From Staphylococcus sp. CAG:324 (GTDB lineage: Bacteria; Bacillota_I; Bacilli_A; ML615J-28; CAG-313), in NCBI GenBank assembly GCA_000433035.1, contig FR890815.1, positions 21,800 to 85,799 on the forward strand: a stretch of 64,000 bases of DNA, written 5' to 3'. The position numbers and the translations under genes are program-made. Below the pieces are notes generated by a model. The model was not told the origin of the DNA. It did no database searches and worked only from the letters and a program-made list of their open reading frames with translations. Below are positions 49,747-59,355 of this stretch, in pieces (within the stretch, counting starts at the first letter, position 1; every line of letters begins with the position of its first letter).

Positions 49747-52700
49747 AAAAGAAAAATGTTGTATATATAATAGGTATTGTATTGTTTATATCGTTCATTG
49801 CTATTGATGTTTTTAAAGTTAAAGAAAAAGGCGGTCTGTTTAGTATTTTTAATTTTGAAGAAACCAGTGAAAAAAAACAAATAGAAAATACTTTAACTGA
49901 AATTGAAATCAATGAAAAATTAAATGGTGAAAAAATTATGTATTTAGGTGATACGCTGCAACTAACTTTAAAGGCAAATATCGTTACAAATTTGAATGCT
50001 TGGAATTATAACTGGTTGAGTACTGACCAAAGTATTGCCTCAGTATCAACAACAGGTAGTGTATATGGGAAAAAAATAGGTGAAACAACAATTAGAGTAA
50101 CGAATAAAAATGATGCCAATCTTTATGATATTGTAAAAATTAAGGTTATTGAAAGAAACAACAAATTAGAATTCTCGAACGAGTATCAACAAAAATTGCA
50201 ATTAATAAAAGGAGAAATAAAAAAACTTGATATTCATATAGGCGGGAGTGTGGCTTTAGGTAAACTTGAATGGATATCTAGTGATGAAAAGATTTGTACA
50301 GTTCAGGATGGTTATCTTTATGCTAAAGAAAATGGTCAAGTAACCATTACAGTAAAAAGTTTAGTAGATAGTAGATATTTTGATAGTATAAATGTTGAAA
50401 TATATAATGTATTAGATAAAGTTGAAATTGCTGACGATATTTCTATTCATGCAATATATATTAATAATAAAGAAATAAATGGCAGTATGTCGGATTATGA
50501 TATATATGTTGGGGATACAATCACCATCAATTCATCTTGTAATACTTCTAGTAATGCAATGGTAAATTTTTCTTTACAGACAGATACTATATCTTTTAAA
50601 AGTACAGAACAATATGTTGCAACAGTTAATTGCAATCGCGTTGGTAAAGCAGTCATTGATATTTCTAGTAAGTATAATCATTTATTAAACAAGACTTTAG
50701 AATTTGAGATCAAACCTCGAGAAGTGGATAATCTCACATTAAAAAATCCTACCTTACAAAACGTAGAAAATGGTTGGATATATGAAATGCATGAAAGAGA
50801 TGCTGTTTTTCTTGAAGTATTAGGATCAAATGAAGTATTAGATCAAGATGATATAATTGTAGAGATTGCAAATCAGGATATTGCTATAGTGAATAATGGA
50901 TATTTCATTGCTAAGCAAGTTGGAGAAACGCAAGTTACAATAAAATACCGATATGATGAGAACCAAAAGATTAGTTTTACTCTTTTTGTTAGTGAGAATA
51001 CCAATCAAAAAATTGAATATATAGCCATTGAACAGCCTACATTAAATGATAAACCCTTTGCTTTAAATACATATCAAAAAAATAATGTTACAGTATTAGA
51101 TACAATCAGTTTTTATATTGTTGTAACTCCTTATATTTATGCCCAAAGTGATAATTATTTAATTTATGCAACTAATCCTGATGTTGCATCTTGTACAACT
51201 ACTTACAACAATCATCAATATATTGTAAAAATTAATTTTCTAGAAATAGGGAATACCCAAATTATTATTCAATTTTTTGATAATCTAGAACAAGAAATTA
51301 TTTTAGATTTTCATGTCGAGAATATGATTTTTGATCTATCTGCTAAAGCAGCTCTTGAAATGGAGGTTGGAAAAACATATAGTTTTTTCACTACGATTAC
51401 AAACTCATTATCCAAAAAATTAAATTATACTTATACATCATCCAATCCTCAATCAGTTATCATCGGAAGTAATGGGGATATGATGGCAATTGGTGAGGGG
51501 ACAGCAGATGTTTGTGTAACAGTAGATGATGGGAAGACAGTTAAATCCAAAACCCTTACTATTCATGTTAAACAAAATTATATAGAATATCAACCAGTGA
51601 CGCAAATGAGTTATACAACATACTTAAAAGAAGATGATCATTATGTTGAAGTTGATTTTTCAACCCGAATGTTAAATGTTTTTCAAAACGCATATATGAG
51701 CATAAATGTCATGCCAAATTTTAATAATGCTAATAATTATCAAATTATAACTAGCAATCCAGATATTCTATCTATTACGTATAGTAACAATATGTATCAA
51801 CTTTATGCTTTAAGTGCAGGTATTGCAACAATTTATATTAAAAATTATGAAAATAGTGATTTAGATCTTTCTTTTGAGATTAAAGTATGTGAAGTATTGC
51901 CAAAATATGTAATAAGTATATTAGAAAATAATGTTTTATCATTTGATGAATATCAAAAAATTAATTTAAATGTTGATCCAAATGCAACATTTTCAAAAGT
52001 TTCTTATCGCTTTTCCACTCCTAATGTCATTAAAATTATCAATAACACAATCATTCCCTTACATGCAGGAAAAACGACTGTTATTATTGAAGTAGATGAT
52101 CAAGATGATGCAACCTCAAATTATTATTTTTCTTTTCCTGTTGAGGTTTTACCAAATACTAAAATTGGTTTTATGAAATATTCAACGTTAGAAATAATTA
52201 GTTTTTGTTTATTTCATATCATTATTTATGGGCTACTAGGAGTATATTTTTGGTTATTATTTCAAAACTTGCAAATGAAAAAAATATTAACCATTACGGC
52301 TATTGTTGTTATTCCTCTTGCCATATGTTGTTTGCCAGAAGTATTAAAATTAGAAGATAGCAATAAAAGTATCATTATGATATCTATGGGACTCAATAGC
52401 ATATGTTGCGGTGCTGCCATTGTTTTGACATATTTTATAATGAAATGTAAAGGAAAGAAAAAAATGAAAATGAGTAAATATATAATTCTTATTTTAAGTT
52501 TTTTAATGATACTGACGATAACTTCTTGTAAAAAAGAACAAGATAGGATAGAAGATAATTATAATTTTATTTTAAATGTTGAGAAGCAAAATGCTAAAAT
52601 AGCAGAACTTGGGAAAACCATTACGAATCAACAATTAATATATTTACAAGAAGATAGTTCAACATTAATTTATGTGAAATATAATTTTACAGAAAATATG

Positions 52701-52907
52701 TCAACACAAAAAATCATATATCGCTTTTTCAATGATTTAGATGAGTATAGATTGTTTTTTAATCAATATGATAATTTTTTAGATGGTAACTTTTTAGAAG
52801 TAAATGAAGAAATCTTAATGATAGCAACCACATATCAATATATTGATAAAAAAAGTTTTAGTCAATTATATGATGTCATTCATCATCAGTATGTTATAAT
52901 TGAATAG
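49743..52907 (+). CDS. Large Big_2 (bacterial Ig-like group 2) repeat surface protein with a C-terminal multi-TM segment and an embedded lipoprotein-like module
   Basis: GTG start after GGAGG. N-terminal signal anchor. At least 6 Big_2-like repeats, then about 4 TM helices. In-frame MKMSKYIILILSFLMILTITSC at 52464. Confidence 0.7.
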   Translation: MKKKNVVYIIGIVLFISFIAIDVFKVKEKGGLFSIFNFEETSEKKQIENTLTEIEINEKLNGEKIMYLGDTLQLTLKANIVTNLNAWNYNWLSTDQSIASVSTTGSVYGKKIGETTIRVTNKNDANLYDIVKIKVIERNNKLEFSNEYQQKLQLIKGEIKKLDIHIGGSVALGKLEWISSDEKICTVQDGYLYAKENGQVTITVKSLVDSRYFDSINVEIYNVLDKVEIADDISIHAIYINNKEINGSMSDYDIYVGDTITINSSCNTSSNAMVNFSLQTDTISFKSTEQYVATVNCNRVGKAVIDISSKYNHLLNKTLEFEIKPREVDNLTLKNPTLQNVENGWIYEMHERDAVFLEVLGSNEVLDQDDIIVEIANQDIAIVNNGYFIAKQVGETQVTIKYRYDENQKISFTLFVSENTNQKIEYIAIEQPTLNDKPFALNTYQKNNVTVLDTISFYIVVTPYIYAQSDNYLIYATNPDVASCTTTYNNHQYIVKINFLEIGNTQIIIQFFDNLEQEIILDFHVENMIFDLSAKAALEMEVGKTYSFFTTITNSLSKKLNYTYTSSNPQSVIIGSNGDMMAIGEGTADVCVTVDDGKTVKSKTLTIHVKQNYIEYQPVTQMSYTTYLKEDDHYVEVDFSTRMLNVFQNAYMSINVMPNFNNANNYQIITSNPDILSITYSNNMYQLYALSAGIATIYIKNYENSDLDLSFEIKVCEVLPKYVISILENNVLSFDEYQKINLNVDPNATFSKVSYRFSTPNVIKIINNTIIPLHAGKTTVIIEVDDQDDATSNYYFSFPVEVLPNTKIGFMKYSTLEIISFCLFHIIIYGLLGVYFWLLFQNLQMKKILTITAIVVIPLAICCLPEVLKLEDSNKSIIMISMGLNSICCGAAIVLTYFIMKCKGKKKMKMSKYIILILSFLMILTITSCKKEQDRIEDNYNFILNVEKQNAKIAELGKTITNQQLIYLQEDSSTLIYVKYNFTENMSTQKIIYRFFNDLDEYRLFFNQYDNFLDGNFLEVNEEILMIATTYQYIDKKSFSQLYDVIHHQYVIIE

Positions 52908-52914
52908 TAATTGA

Positions 52915-52946
52915 AACAAACCAAGTTAACTTGGTTTGTTTTTTTA
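52915..52946 (+). terminator. Rho-independent terminator after the adhesin gene
   Basis: AAACAAACCAAG-TTAA-CTTGGTTTGTTT followed by TTTT. Confidence 0.6.
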
Positions 52947-53148
52947 AAAAAAAGGCATATTTTTATAAAAAACATACTATTATTTTATGTAAAATGTTCC
53001 AAAACATTGATAAAATCGATTTTAACATTTATATTATATTGACAAACTATCTTAAAAATAGTATAATTATAACATATCTTGTCGATTATTTAGATATTAA
53101 AATGGATGAGAAAAAGAATTATTTAGAATTATGTAAGGAGAATTTAAA

Positions 53149-53766
53149 ATGAAAAGAAAGACGTTAACGTTAACTTTATGCTTATTATCATGTTTAGCAT
53201 TGATTGGTGTTGGTTTTGCGGCATGGATCATTACTTCTGACACTAAACAAGAAATAGAAGGTAACATTTCAGTTGATACCGTAACAGATAATAGATTGAG
53301 TGTTGAGACAAGTTGGAAAGATGATAAAAATGCCATTGTTTTTGGTTGGAAAACTGGTGAGTATACCTATTCTTGGTTAAAGAATACAGATCCAACTTAT
53401 GCAGAAAATCTAACAGTTACTCTTGTTGTGAATGTAAAAGATAGTGGGGGTAGTCCTATTGATGCCCAAACTGTTAATGCAACAATTACGGGAGATGACG
53501 CATATACTACTGCTGTATCTAGCAATTTAGTTAATGCTTTGCCTACATTAACAGCTCAAAAGCAAGAAACTGGTGTTTATCATATTACAATTACTCTCTC
53601 ATGGGGTAGTGCATTTAATAATCAAAACCCTATGGAATATTATAATAGTCAAGATTATACATCAGAGTTAGCAGATCAAGCTAAAACCAATTTAACCGCT
53701 CTTGAGGCATTGAAAACTAGTAAATTTACTGTTACAGTAACGGTAACACCAACTGAGGCAGAATAA
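53149..53766 (+). CDS. Secreted protein with a SipW-cognate-type (TasA/camelysin-class) signal peptide
   Basis: RBS GGAGAA. N-terminal K/R followed by a hydrophobic core and GVGFAAWIITSD, compared with the TasA 'GGGTWAAF' context. Shares the C-terminal WGSAFNNQNPMEYY motif with the next gene. Confidence 0.6.
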   Translation: MKRKTLTLTLCLLSCLALIGVGFAAWIITSDTKQEIEGNISVDTVTDNRLSVETSWKDDKNAIVFGWKTGEYTYSWLKNTDPTYAENLTVTLVVNVKDSGGSPIDAQTVNATITGDDAYTTAVSSNLVNALPTLTAQKQETGVYHITITLSWGSAFNNQNPMEYYNSQDYTSELADQAKTNLTALEALKTSKFTVTVTVTPTEAE

Positions 53767-53793
53767 TATTATAAATAATAAGAAGGTTGTAAG

Positions 53794-54507
53794 ATGGCTA
53801 AATTAACAAAAAATTCTTATAAAAGAAAAGTTATTTTATTCGGTGTTTTATTATTTATGTCTATTGCTTTGATATCAACAGGTTTTGCGGCATGGATAAT
53901 GTCAACGAATGCAAATTATGAAGATGATGGAAATGTGAGTGTTGGTACTGTTACAGATGGATCAATAAAGTTGACGGATGTTGCGCTATCAACCGATTCA
54001 ATCAAATTTGAACCATTAGAAGAAGATACAACAGGTAGAGTTAGAAATGATGGAACTAATTTTGAATCATTACAGATAGTAGTAACAGGAAAAGTATCTC
54101 CTAGAGATATTTTAGGTGAACTTACGATTGAACTGCAAATGGAAGAAAAAGTGAAAACAGCTCTACAAGCTGCTGCTGATAAAAATTATATTATTTTACC
54201 AGAATGCGCAAATTCGGCAGTGGATTTAAAAACTTTGGGTGGTGCATGTACTGAAAATGAAGAGGGTGGATACGATTTTACTTATACGATTGAATTTAAA
54301 TGGGGAAGTTTTTTCCAAAATTTAAATCCAGGTGAGTATTATGACGAAAATGAAACGGGTACAAAAGTATCAGACGAAGAAGTGAAAAAAATTCTAAAAG
54401 AGTTAAGAGCTACTATTTATGGATATGACGTCGATGCATCAGATGAAATAATCAATGCAGCGGTTGGTCCTACTTTTAAAGTAGTAATCAATGCTAGGGC
54501 AAATTAA
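53794..54507 (+). CDS. Paralogous secreted protein with a SipW-cognate-type signal peptide
   Basis: STGFAAWIMSTN signal context and the shared C-terminal WGSFFQNLNPGEYY motif. Confidence 0.6.
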   Translation: MAKLTKNSYKRKVILFGVLLFMSIALISTGFAAWIMSTNANYEDDGNVSVGTVTDGSIKLTDVALSTDSIKFEPLEEDTTGRVRNDGTNFESLQIVVTGKVSPRDILGELTIELQMEEKVKTALQAAADKNYIILPECANSAVDLKTLGGACTENEEGGYDFTYTIEFKWGSFFQNLNPGEYYDENETGTKVSDEEVKKILKELRATIYGYDVDASDEIINAAVGPTFKVVINARAN

Positions 54508-54512
54508 TTCAA

Positions 54513-55520
54513 ATGTCTTCTGCTGAAATTATTTCCCTCATAGTTACAATCATCGGGGTATTTAGTTTTGCAACAATATTTACGATATTATATCAATCAT
54601 ATGCAACTTCACAAATAAATGAAATTCAGTCTGGAAAAAAAGATCTTGAATTGATCGATGAAGTAATCTATGAAAGACAAGAAAAAATTAAAAAGCGCAA
54701 GATGGTAACAAAGATAGTTAAATCTATTTGTTTCTATCTTGCCTTATTCTTCATTATACCTTTATTTATTTTTTCATTAATTAATCGATTTCAAAATAAT
54801 ATAACAATGATTGGTAATAAAACCATTATGGTTGTTGCCTCAGGCTCAATGAGTAAGAAAAATGACGCAAATGCTTATCTAAATAGTAACAATTTGAACA
54901 ATCAATTTCAAACGTATGATATAATTGTTTTGGAAAAGGTTGAAAATGCATCAGATTTGAACAAATACGATGTTATTGCTTATCGAAATGATCAAGGAAT
55001 CAATGTCATTCATAGAATAATTGAAATAGAAGATGGAAAATATGTAACCCGTGGTGATGCCAATGACGCAAGTGATAAATATCATCCAACTTTTGATGAT
55101 GTAATTGGAAGATATACAGGTAAGAAAATACCTAGTATAGGGATATTTATTATGTTTTTACAGTCATATGCTGGTATCATCACGATTATTTCATTAATTT
55201 ATTGTTTAATCATGATTGATAAAATTTCTAATAAAATAAATACAGCTCAAAAAAGAAGAATTGAACAATTAGAAGAAGCAATTGATTATACCGATGAATT
55301 AGAAGTTGAAAAAATAAAGGCAGAATATGTTGAGACAATTTATTATAAGGGATATGCTTATCATTTTAATGAAACAGGGTTTGTTGAAAAAACTAAGATG
55401 AAAGATGGTCCCTATTTAGAAAAATCGAATAAGACAATGATTAAAGAAGTGCTTAATTTAAAGACTTCAGAAAAAATTGCCGAAGAAGTCGTAATTGAAA
55501 ACGATAATCAAGGAGAATAA
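54513..55520 (+). CDS. sipW: Signal peptidase I of the archaeal/eukaryal SipW type, with N- and C-terminal extensions (335 aa)
   Basis: Catalytic-Ser box VVASGSM. IHRI and TRGDANDASD match SipW THRI/TKGDNN. One TM before the catalytic domain, one after, plus a charged tail of about 100 aa. Confidence 0.75.
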   Translation: MSSAEIISLIVTIIGVFSFATIFTILYQSYATSQINEIQSGKKDLELIDEVIYERQEKIKKRKMVTKIVKSICFYLALFFIIPLFIFSLINRFQNNITMIGNKTIMVVASGSMSKKNDANAYLNSNNLNNQFQTYDIIVLEKVENASDLNKYDVIAYRNDQGINVIHRIIEIEDGKYVTRGDANDASDKYHPTFDDVIGRYTGKKIPSIGIFIMFLQSYAGIITIISLIYCLIMIDKISNKINTAQKRRIEQLEEAIDYTDELEVEKIKAEYVETIYYKGYAYHFNETGFVEKTKMKDGPYLEKSNKTMIKEVLNLKTSEKIAEEVVIENDNQGE

Positions 55521-55521
55521 G

Positions 55522-57321
55522 ATGATGAACAAACCTTATTTTACAAGAAAAAATTTAATATTTATATCATTAGCAATATTTTATTCATTTTTATTGTTAT
55601 TTACAGGCCTTTGTATAGAAGGATCACATTCTTTTGCTAATAAAAATAATCCACTAGCACAAGTGGCGCAAGCACTTCATTTTAAATCAATTAGTTGTGG
55701 TGTAACGGGCTATGTTGCTTTGATACTTGTAGCAATCTATGTTAGTGTTTTTGTCACTATCTTTTTATATGAGAAAAGGTTTGCTATTGTCAATAACAAA
55801 AAACCATTTAGTTTGAAAATGATTTTAATATATATCAGTTCTTTTATTTTATGTGCGTTATTATCAGTAGGTGTGGGAATTCTCATTCAAAGACCATTAG
55901 ATGCTGAAAACATTGGTAACATTATGCTTTTTATTTGGCAAACTATTTTATTGACAACTTGTATATATGTTTTATTATTTTTATTTATTGGTGGTATGTT
56001 AATGTTTGTAGTCAACTATATTTTAGTTGATAAACCATTTAGAGCATATGATAAAAATGAACCGATTACTTTTGATGAGGAAGATACTAAAATTGACGTC
56101 ACTACTAATTTTGATGCAACACTAAATGCAACGGCATCTTCTATTGCTGGCGGACAGATTACAACCGCTACTTCAAGTATGCCAAATGAAAGTATTGTTC
56201 GCACAGTTGAAAAGTTAGATGATCGGGAAAAAGTTTTTCCTGCTTTATCTATGATGGATACTACTTATGATGGTTATGCAATAGAGAAAATAGATAGTGA
56301 TACATATAGTTTAGAAGAAATTAGTATTCGCTTTCGCAATTATCTTGCAAAAGAAGAAAAACTATATTTTGATCTAGATACCATTAGATTTTTTGTCAGT
56401 GGATTTGCGGCATCACACTTTATGATTTTAGAAGGGTTAAGTGGTACTGGTAAATCAAGTTTGCCTAGATATTTTGCAAAATTTATTCATGCTGATGTTT
56501 TATTTATTCCTGTTCAAGCAACATATCGTGATAAGACAAATCTAATTGGATATTTTAATGATTTTTCAAAAACTTATACCGAAACAGAGTTTTTGATTTC
56601 ATTATATCATGCCAATTATAATCCCGATCAAATTCATTTTTTTGTTTTAGATGAAATGAATATTTCTAGGGTTGAGTATTATTTTGCTGACTTTTTATCA
56701 GTATTAGAATATCCAAAAGAACTTTGGAAATTAAAAATTATGCAACTTCCGTATGGATTTGTACCACCTGCTAAACTAGAAGATGGTTTTATTACAATAC
56801 CTGAAAATTCCTATTTTGTTGGTACCGCAAATAAAGATGATTCAACCTTTACAATTACTGATAAAGTGTATGATAGAGCAATAACAATTGATTTTGATGA
56901 TCGCAATATTCCTTTTGAAGTAAAAGAAGAAGTGAGTAAAATTCATATTAGCAAAACACATCTGCAACATTTATATCAAGAGGCATTGAATAATCCTAGT
57001 TATCAGATGACAAAAGGTGATTATGATAAATTTCAAACTGTTTGTGATTTTATTTATGACAAGTTTGATATTACTTTTGGTAATCGTATTTTGAATCAAA
57101 TTGCAAAACTCGTGCCTGTTTTTGTTGCATCCGGTGGAACAAAAGAAGATGCTATTGATTTTATTGTTTCACGAAAAATAATTAGTAAAATTGAAGGTCG
57201 TTTTGAAGAATATGTTAAGGGTGCTTTGAAAGATTTATTAACTTTAATAACGAAAACATACGGAATAGATGTTTTATATCGTAGTGAAAAAGTAATTCAA
57301 AGTTTAATAAGAAGGTTATAA
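55522..57321 (+). CDS. Membrane-anchored McrB-family (AAA_5) NTPase
   Basis: ATG 1 nt after the sipW stop, with an AAGGAGAA RBS. About 190-aa N-terminal domain with 4-5 TM helices. Walker A LEGLSGTGKSSLP, Walker B FFVLDEMN, and the McrB-like FVGTANKDDS ... DKVYDRAITIDF segment. Confidence 0.65.
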   Translation: MMNKPYFTRKNLIFISLAIFYSFLLLFTGLCIEGSHSFANKNNPLAQVAQALHFKSISCGVTGYVALILVAIYVSVFVTIFLYEKRFAIVNNKKPFSLKMILIYISSFILCALLSVGVGILIQRPLDAENIGNIMLFIWQTILLTTCIYVLLFLFIGGMLMFVVNYILVDKPFRAYDKNEPITFDEEDTKIDVTTNFDATLNATASSIAGGQITTATSSMPNESIVRTVEKLDDREKVFPALSMMDTTYDGYAIEKIDSDTYSLEEISIRFRNYLAKEEKLYFDLDTIRFFVSGFAASHFMILEGLSGTGKSSLPRYFAKFIHADVLFIPVQATYRDKTNLIGYFNDFSKTYTETEFLISLYHANYNPDQIHFFVLDEMNISRVEYYFADFLSVLEYPKELWKLKIMQLPYGFVPPAKLEDGFITIPENSYFVGTANKDDSTFTITDKVYDRAITIDFDDRNIPFEVKEEVSKIHISKTHLQHLYQEALNNPSYQMTKGDYDKFQTVCDFIYDKFDITFGNRILNQIAKLVPVFVASGGTKEDAIDFIVSRKIISKIEGRFEEYVKGALKDLLTLITKTYGIDVLYRSEKVIQSLIRRL

Positions 57322-57325
57322 TTTT

Positions 57326-58591
57326 ATGAAACTCATCGAAGAGTTAAAACTAAAAGAAGTTATTAAAAAAATAAGAAAATATAAAGATGAACATCGAAGT
57401 ATTAAATTTTTCTATCGAGATTTAGATAATTTAAAACTTCCATCTTTGCAAGATTTCTCTTTTAAGAAAGATGATGAATTCTTTGATGAAGTGAATTTTA
57501 TTCTAAGCGTGATAGTTTCTATTATTGCTCATCCTAGTCTTTCTAATAAAGGAGAAGACATTATTGTTAGATCAGAACTAGCAGGGCATATTTCATCTGA
57601 TTCTTTTCAACAAGTATGTAAAGATAATAGACTTTGGAAAGAAAAAAATGATGAAATGGTACCTGAATATGTGCATCACTATCAATATACTGATGATATT
57701 CAAATTTATGAAAATATTTTTATCGGAATGCTTATCAATCTTATACGTTTGGAGTTAAATAAATATAGTGAATTTTATGCATCACTGATTCCTTCGGTAG
57801 AATCAAATAATGATAAATATTTAGAAAATAAGATTGCGGAAAAGATGATTACTAAAATTGAAGCATTACAAAGAAAACAAATGTTTATTCAAAATACTTC
57901 TTTTTATAAAGAAATTTCTAAGTGCAATCTTCATCTTACAAAAGTTTTACCTACTAACATTTTATTAAAAAATCGTTTATACAATTATTGTTATAAATTT
58001 TATCTTCAATTTATTAAAAGTGAAGATGAAAATAGATTACTTGAAGAACTTACTATCTATTATAAATATGTGATATTAAAATGTTTCAAAGAAAAAAACT
58101 TTGTATTAGATAATACGAAAAGTCAAAACTATAATTGTTTATCTTTTATATATAAAGATTATAGACTAAAACTTTCTCTAGAAGAAAACATACCATGTAT
58201 TAATCTTGATATTTCATATGGTTCAATTCCTGCTAAACATCATTTAATCATTAATACGGAAAATAAACTTCAGATGAATCAATTTTTTGATTACAACAGT
58301 ATATCTAATGATTTGATTACAATTTGGCGTATATATGATTTAGAAAATGCAAATAAGCCATATAATAATCAACTAGTTTCTGAAAAAAAATTAGTGTCAT
58401 TTTGGCTGAATTCTAAGTTGCAAGAGATTTTTGCAAAAAAGGAATTATATATGAAATATTGTCCTGTTTGTAAAAGTAAAAATATAGAAAATAATCAAAA
58501 ACTATATACATGTTGTGATTGTGGAAGTATGTATACATTTAAAGACGTCAATCAGGTTGATACCATTTGGTTTTTAAAATTAAGGAGGTAG
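57326..58591 (+). CDS. Hypothetical partner protein with a C-terminal Zn-ribbon (CPVC...CCDCGSMY). Candidate McrC-like component.
   Basis: 421 aa, directly downstream of the McrB-like gene as in McrBC pairs. No PD-(D/E)xK signature could be confirmed by eye. Confidence 0.45.
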   Translation: MKLIEELKLKEVIKKIRKYKDEHRSIKFFYRDLDNLKLPSLQDFSFKKDDEFFDEVNFILSVIVSIIAHPSLSNKGEDIIVRSELAGHISSDSFQQVCKDNRLWKEKNDEMVPEYVHHYQYTDDIQIYENIFIGMLINLIRLELNKYSEFYASLIPSVESNNDKYLENKIAEKMITKIEALQRKQMFIQNTSFYKEISKCNLHLTKVLPTNILLKNRLYNYCYKFYLQFIKSEDENRLLEELTIYYKYVILKCFKEKNFVLDNTKSQNYNCLSFIYKDYRLKLSLEENIPCINLDISYGSIPAKHHLIINTENKLQMNQFFDYNSISNDLITIWRIYDLENANKPYNNQLVSEKKLVSFWLNSKLQEIFAKKELYMKYCPVCKSKNIENNQKLYTCCDCGSMYTFKDVNQVDTIWFLKLRR

Positions 58592-58596
58592 CTTTG

Positions 58597-59355
58597 ATGG
58601 AAGAAAACAAACTTTCTCAAGAAGAACAAAAAGCCACAATTATGATCAATGACCTCTATAAATCCTATGGTGATAAAGATGTTTTAACGGGGTTAAATTT
58701 AGAAGTTTATGAAAAAGAGTTATTTGGTTTTATTGGTAGAAATGGTATTGGAAAATCAACAACAATTGATTGTATGATTGGTTCTAAAAAATTTTCTAAA
58801 GGCGAGGTATATATCTCAGGTTTTGATATAAAAAAATATCCTCTTCAAGCAAAGCAAACGTTTGGTTATGTTGCTAGTGAGCCAACTTGTTATGAAGAAA
58901 TGACAGGATATGATTACTTAGAATTTATTGCTAGTATATATGGTTTAGGTGAAGAAGATTTTAATCACAATTACAAATATTTATGTACAAGACTTCAATT
59001 CAATTTAGAAGAATTGTCAAATCCCATTTCTGATTATTCTCATGGTATGAAACAAAAATTATGTTTAGTTGCAAGTTTGTTGCATAGTCCTAAAATTTGG
59101 ATTTTAGATGAACCTACAGTTGGTCTTGATATTATGGCTGTGGAAGAATTGAAAAAAATGATGAGAGAGTATGCAAATCATGGGAATACCGTTTTTGTTA
59201 CGAGCCATAATATTGAATTAGTATCTAAAATTTGTGATAGAGTAGCGATTATTAACAATGGCAAAGTGGTGGAATTATTTGATTTGAATAAAAATCCTAA
59301 TAAAAGATTACAACTTGCTAAAATCTTTATTGAAACGTATGGAGGACGAGAATGA
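58597..59355 (+). CDS. ABC transporter ATP-binding protein
   Basis: Start at the ATG at 58597 after AAGGAGG. Walker A GRNGIGKST, signature YSHGMKQKL, Walker B ILDEPTVGLD. Confidence 0.85.
   Translation: MEENKLSQEEQKATIMINDLYKSYGDKDVLTGLNLEVYEKELFGFIGRNGIGKSTTIDCMIGSKKFSKGEVYISGFDIKKYPLQAKQTFGYVASEPTCYEEMTGYDYLEFIASIYGLGEEDFNHNYKYLCTRLQFNLEELSNPISDYSHGMKQKLCLVASLLHSPKIWILDEPTVGLDIMAVEELKKMMREYANHGNTVFVTSHNIELVSKICDRVAIINNGKVVELFDLNKNPNKRLQLAKIFIETYGGRE

Noticed and set aside
52931-53152. 73-aa + strand ORF between the Big_2 gene and the first SipW-substrate gene
   Set aside because: It begins inside the terminator hairpin at 52915-52946, has no RBS, and its sequence is low-complexity. It is more likely part of the promoter/leader region of the downstream operon.
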